A DNA stretch of 64,000 nt, from IMG/VR virus record IMGVR_UViG_3300022903_000002, positions 1-64,000 of that record, one strand, 5' to 3'. Position numbers and translations under genes: made by a program. The notes under the pieces are model-generated. The model made no database searches. It was not told the origin of the DNA and saw only the letters and a program-made list of their open reading frames with translations. The first letter of the stretch is position 1. Each line of letters begins with the position of its first letter. The DNA comes from a virus. This document shows positions 63,048 through 64,000 of the stretch, piece after piece.

Positions 63048-63899
63048 TTGACGATCAAGTTCCAGGGCGGCCGGCTCGCACCGGACCGCAGCAAGCCGCG
63101 GCTGTTGCTGCGCCCGTTCATGGGCACTGTCACTGCGGCTCCCTCTTCGGTGGATTGGCACAGCAACGTCGCTGACTGGCCCATGTACCTCAACGATCAG
63201 GTGGGGTCCTGCACGGAAGCGATGGTCGGCCACAACCTGCAGAACACCTCCACCTACGGCGACGGTGCGACCGTCACCATCGGCGACGATGACGTCCTAG
63301 CCGCCTACGTGCGGGTGTCCGGCTACCGCCCAGGCGACCCGTCGACCGACAACGGTGCCGTCCTGCAGAACGTGTACAACGACTGGCGGAAGAACGGCGT
63401 CGGCGGACACCGGACCCTGGCGTTCGCTGAGGTCGATGTCTCGGATCTGAACGAGGTCAAGACCGCCGTTGCAACGTTCGGGGCCGCAGGCTTCGGCATC
63501 ACTGTGACGCAGCAGATGATGACGGATTTCAACGCCGGGAAGGGCTGGACCCGTGCCGGCGACAGGAAGCTCGGCGGGCATGCGGTCGTCGCGGTCGGCT
63601 ACGACGTCGACGGCGTAGACATCGTCACGTGGGCGACTGCGATCCGGATGACGTGGACGGTGTTCCAGAAGGTCTGCGAGGAAGCCTGGATAGCTGTCCT
63701 GCCCGAATGGCTCAATGATCAGTCCGGCAGGGACCCGCTGGGCGTGGACCTGCTCGGGCTCGGTGAGGCCTTCTCGGCACTCACCGGTGAGGTGAACCCT
63801 TTCCTCCCGTCCCCAGCCGCAAGCCCGGCCCAGGCCCTTCCGCAGCGCCTGTTGACGTGGCTGATCAGACTCTTGCAGCGGCTGCTCGGGCGTGGCTGA
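63048..63899 (+). CDS. Papain-like (C1) cysteine peptidase
   Basis: 'ND.VGSCT.A', 'GGHAV..VGYD', 'VTW'; GGAGG RBS, TTG start. Confidence 0.8.
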   Translation: MTIKFQGGRLAPDRSKPRLLLRPFMGTVTAAPSSVDWHSNVADWPMYLNDQVGSCTEAMVGHNLQNTSTYGDGATVTIGDDDVLAAYVRVSGYRPGDPSTDNGAVLQNVYNDWRKNGVGGHRTLAFAEVDVSDLNEVKTAVATFGAAGFGITVTQQMMTDFNAGKGWTRAGDRKLGGHAVVAVGYDVDGVDIVTWATAIRMTWTVFQKVCEEAWIAVLPEWLNDQSGRDPLGVDLLGLGEAFSALTGEVNPFLPSPAASPAQALPQRLLTWLIRLLQRLLGRG

Positions 63900-64000
63900 G
63901 GCTGCGCCACCTCGGCGCTAACGAATCGATGGCCAAGGAACTCATCGCGTGGATAGCGGCGAAGAATCTATGAGTGAAGTGCGTCGCGTCGAGCGCGACG

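Larger units (their letters stand above)
1..64000 (+). mobile_element. Actinomycete siphovirus (temperate phage/prophage) genome segment
   Basis: Continuous co-oriented phage gene order (recombination/replication, terminase, portal, capsid, tail, lysis), ATGA/GTGA gene coupling, WhiB gene and high GC; no host genes seen. Confidence 0.95.

Noticed and set aside
1-64000. CRISPR array, tRNA or rRNA genes
   Set aside because: No regularly spaced direct repeats with unique spacers and no cloverleaf with T/D arms recognised by eye

Overview
The whole window is a high-GC (actinomycete-type) siphovirus genome segment, most likely a temperate phage or prophage. No integrase, repressor or host gene is visible inside it. 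Almost all genes are on the + strand and translationally coupled. Order: (1) 1-24.9 kb early/middle region with Sak4-like ATPase, RusA, ECF-sigma-like protein, DUF5131, WhiB, HNH, a replication initiator with internal 11-bp iterons, DnaB-N/AAA helicase, SSB, SLOG, MmcB-like nuclease, Thg1-like 3'-5' polymerase and GIY-YIG; (2) 25.5-37.3 kb late accessory block with a Ser/Thr/Ala/Pro-rich 22-aa-repeat fibre protein, three GT-A glycosyltransferases, an NDP-sugar epimerase and HNH genes; (3) putative cos, terminase, portal, MuF-like, scaffold, capsid, a GT4 glycosyltransferase, head-tail genes, tail with a -1 frameshifted chaperone, a tape measure protein carrying a LAGLIDADG intein at the predicted catalytic Cys of its CHAP domain, minor tail genes including a GH26-like hydrolase, and lysis genes. 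The most striking signals are non-coding. First, a shared ~110-bp cassette (PafBC-type promoter, LexA-like box and a covarying two-hairpin leader) sits in front of two unrelated nucleases. Second, a recurrent intergenic hairpin whose loop pairs perfectly (11-12 bp) with sequence just upstream of the next ribosome-binding site; one such loop matches three separate tail-gene leaders. Also notable are a candidate virion-glycosylation system and the intein-gated tape-measure peptidase. All family assignments are from motif recognition by eye, not database searches.
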